A DNA stretch of 6,591 nucleotides from an uncultured Nitrososphaerota archaeon (lineage in GTDB: Archaea; Korarchaeota; Korarchaeia; Korarchaeales; Korarchaeaceae), in contig CAYZRF010000045.1 in the NCBI GenBank assembly GCA_964480775.1, positions 1-6,591 on the forward strand, read 5' to 3'. Position 1 is the first letter of the stretch. Each line of letters begins with the position of its first letter. The translations under genes were made by a program, and so were the position numbers. Positions 4,807-6,591 of the stretch are shown here, piece after piece. The notes beneath the pieces were generated by a model. That model searched no databases, had not been told where the DNA came from, and saw only the letters and a list, made by a program, of their open reading frames with translations.

Positions 4807-6534
4807 CTACATCTCCTCCTCTATCTGTTCTACAATCTCTTCAGGAGTGAAAGGTCTACCGTCATACTTGAGAATCGTCTTATCTGGCTCTAGGCAAAGG
4901 AATTCTCTCAGTAGACTTCCTAATTGTGCTGTCTTGTTGTTCTCTACTAAGAAAAGCTTCTTATTATTTTTAAGAGCATCTTTAACTTCTGTGTCAGGGA
5001 AAGGCCAAAGATAGATTACTTGTAGAAAGTTAGCGCTTATTCCTTTTTTCTTAAGGAGAAAAATCGCTTCTAAAATAGCTCCCTTAGTCGACCCCCATCC
5101 TAAAATGGTTAGATCTGGCTCTTTCTCGCCATACAGTTTTACTGGTTCGAGTTTCGATATTTCCTCCTTTATATACTTCATTTTTCTCATTCTTTTGTCC
5201 TGCATCTTATTAGCGTTTTTTGCATCGGCGGTGGCTAAACCCTTTTCATTATGCTCTGATCCATCTTGTTTTACGATAATCCCCTTGATACCAGGTATTG
5301 CTCTTGGTGAAACCCCTGTTTCCGTTATTAGATATCTCTTGTACTCTCCTTCGTATCTATCCGATAACAGATTCCCTCTATCTATACTAACGTCCTCAGA
5401 AAATGCTTCTACGGTCTTATAGCTCTCAGATAAGTGCTTATCAGAAAGTACTACTGCTGGAACTTGGAATTTCTCTGCCAAATTGAATGCCTCTATCGTT
5501 CTATAGTATGCTTCCTCTATGTCTCCGGGTGCGACCACAACTCTGGGGAACTCCCCCTGAGATGCATGAATAACGAATCTAAGATCTCCTTGTGCTGTAT
5601 ACGTTGCTAGGCCGGTGCTTGGTCCTGGTCTCTGGGCTAGAGCAATCACAACTGGTGTTTCAGACATCCCTGCAAGCCCAAAAGCCTCTGCCATAAGTGA
5701 GAATCCTGCTCCAGATGTAGCGGTCATAGCTCTTACACCTGCAAAAGCCGCTCCTATCACCATGTTTATTGCAGCAAGTTCACTTTCTGCTTGTAAAACA
5801 GCTATTCCTGCGTCTCTCTGCAAAGAAGCCAATACATGAAGTACTGAGGATGCTGGCGTAATAGGATAAGCAGCAAAGAATTTCATTCCAGCTTTTAAAG
5901 CACCTAAAGCAATGGCGTCATTTCCAGAAAGTACATATCTTTGTTTTTTTGAGACTGGTTTAAGTTTAAGGTGAAATTGCATTTTGAAGTTTTTTGTGAA
6001 GTAGTTATATCCCTCTTTCGCTAGCTCCTTGTTAAGCTCAGCTATTTCAGGTCTGCTTTTGAATTGATCATCAATTACACCCAAGAACAAGTTGAGATCG
6101 TATCCAAGCATTGCAAAGATTATACCAAGCCCAACAGAATTCCTGGTAATAAGAGGGGCACCCTTCTCTTTTATCATGGTCTTCAGAGGGACTGGTACGC
6201 TTAGTATCTTCGATTCAAGCTTTGGAAGTTCTTTGACAGAATCCGAATCGTATATTAAACCAGCGTTATGTGAGAGCTCAGAAGCGTGTTTTTTAATTGA
6301 ATCGAGGTTTAGAGCAAGCAACAAATCTATAGTCTTCCTATGGGAGTGTACTTCTTTATCACACACTCTGATAAGGTGTGAGTTATGGCCTCCTCTTATT
6401 AGAGAGAGGTAATCAAATACTGAGAACGTATGAAGCCCTCCTCTTGCACAAGCCCGGCTGAAGAGGAGACCAGCCTGCCTTATCCCATCTCCAGCCTCTC
6501 CAGCAATCATTACAGAGATGTCAATGCTATTCAT
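4807..6534 (-). CDS. 2-oxoacid:ferredoxin oxidoreductase, alpha subunit (fused gamma-alpha domains, two-subunit type)
   Basis: The 575-aa protein has an N-terminal gamma-like domain (ISVMIAGEAGDGIRQAGLLFS...GGHNSHLIRV). This is followed by the alpha domain (GNDAIALGALKAGMKFFAAYPITPAS, with the YPITP motif, ...MTATSGAGFSLM...). The start is ATG at 6532-6534. No delta (2x[4Fe-4S] ferredoxin-like) gene lies between or beside the two subunits in this window. Confidence 0.93.
   Translation of the reverse strand: MNSIDISVMIAGEAGDGIRQAGLLFSRACARGGLHTFSVFDYLSLIRGGHNSHLIRVCDKEVHSHRKTIDLLLALNLDSIKKHASELSHNAGLIYDSDSVKELPKLESKILSVPVPLKTMIKEKGAPLITRNSVGLGIIFAMLGYDLNLFLGVIDDQFKSRPEIAELNKELAKEGYNYFTKNFKMQFHLKLKPVSKKQRYVLSGNDAIALGALKAGMKFFAAYPITPASSVLHVLASLQRDAGIAVLQAESELAAINMVIGAAFAGVRAMTATSGAGFSLMAEAFGLAGMSETPVVIALAQRPGPSTGLATYTAQGDLRFVIHASQGEFPRVVVAPGDIEEAYYRTIEAFNLAEKFQVPAVVLSDKHLSESYKTVEAFSEDVSIDRGNLLSDRYEGEYKRYLITETGVSPRAIPGIKGIIVKQDGSEHNEKGLATADAKNANKMQDKRMRKMKYIKEEISKLEPVKLYGEKEPDLTILGWGSTKGAILEAIFLLKKKGISANFLQVIYLWPFPDTEVKDALKNNKKLFLVENNKTAQLGSLLREFLCLEPDKTILKYDGRPFTPEEIVEQIEEEM
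4815..4819 (-). promoter_or_regulatory. Shine-Dalgarno-like GGAGG for the OFOR beta subunit (internal operon gene)
   Basis: The minus strand reads AGAGGAGGAGATGTAG-TTG. GGAGG (4819->4815) sits 8 nt upstream of the TTG start. It lies inside the last codons (EEEM*) of the alpha gene. Confidence 0.4.
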
Positions 6535-6561
6535 ATCAGTCCGACCTTTTCCAACCGTTTG

Positions 6562-6571
6562 AAAAATAAAC
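6562..6571 (-). promoter_or_regulatory. Candidate TATA-like box for the OFOR alpha-beta operon
   Basis: The minus strand reads GTTTATTTTT (6571->6562), centred about 32 nt upstream of the ATG at 6534. This is the same spacing as the tyrS candidate box. This is a sequence pattern only, and the upstream context is cut off by the window edge. Confidence 0.3.
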
Positions 6572-6591
6572 TTGAACCATCTTCTGAATTG

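Noticed and set aside
1025-6412. Antisense ORFs in the track: 1025-1339(-), 2135-2362(+), 2399-2641(+), 3024-3224(+), 3279-3500(+), 4196-4426(+), 4748-5014(+), 5105-5422(+), 5615-5839(+), 6092-6412(+).
   Set aside because: Each lies wholly or largely inside a longer opposite-strand gene with strong family motifs. Their sequences are low-complexity or Ser/Leu-rich, as is typical of shadow frames.
1-6591. A search for CRISPR repeats, tandem repeats, rRNA/tRNA genes, transposases/integrases and known defence-system domains.
   Set aside because: By eye I found no regularly spaced direct repeats, no long tandem arrays and no nuclease, integrase or transposase motifs in any listed ORF. The only accessory-looking content is the degenerate ABC-2 cassette.

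Overview
The window looks like archaeal chromosomal DNA, probably from a Thermoproteota/Crenarchaeota-like lineage. That placement is an inference from a long crenarchaeal-type TyrRS, a two-subunit 2-oxoacid:ferredoxin oxidoreductase (OFOR), an archaeal-type HAD phosphatase, frequent TTG/GTG starts and A/T-rich promoter-like boxes about 32 nt upstream of start codons. G+C is roughly 40% by eye. Most of the window (2101-6534, minus strand) is an ordinary, tightly packed housekeeping block: OFOR alpha (gamma-alpha fusion), OFOR beta, tyrosyl-tRNA synthetase and a HAD phosphatase. The left third (1-2100, plus strand) is less ordinary. It holds the 3' end of an unidentified gene, then a roughly 120-nt G+C-rich island that folds best as a minus-strand RNA. 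That fold has an 11-bp stem using G.U pairs, GUAA and GAAA tetraloop hairpins, and a U8+U6 terminator-like tract. Next comes an ABC-2 type transporter cassette that appears to be decaying. Its ATPase lacks the Walker A half and carries an in-frame TAG inside the conserved region just before the signature motif. Its permease looks intact. The downstream small signal-anchored protein is split over successive reading frames. I see no CRISPR array, rRNA/tRNA, transposase or recognisable defence system. The most interesting item is the unassigned structured-RNA candidate at the breakpoint of the truncated ABC gene. All family calls come from motif recognition by eye; no database search was possible.
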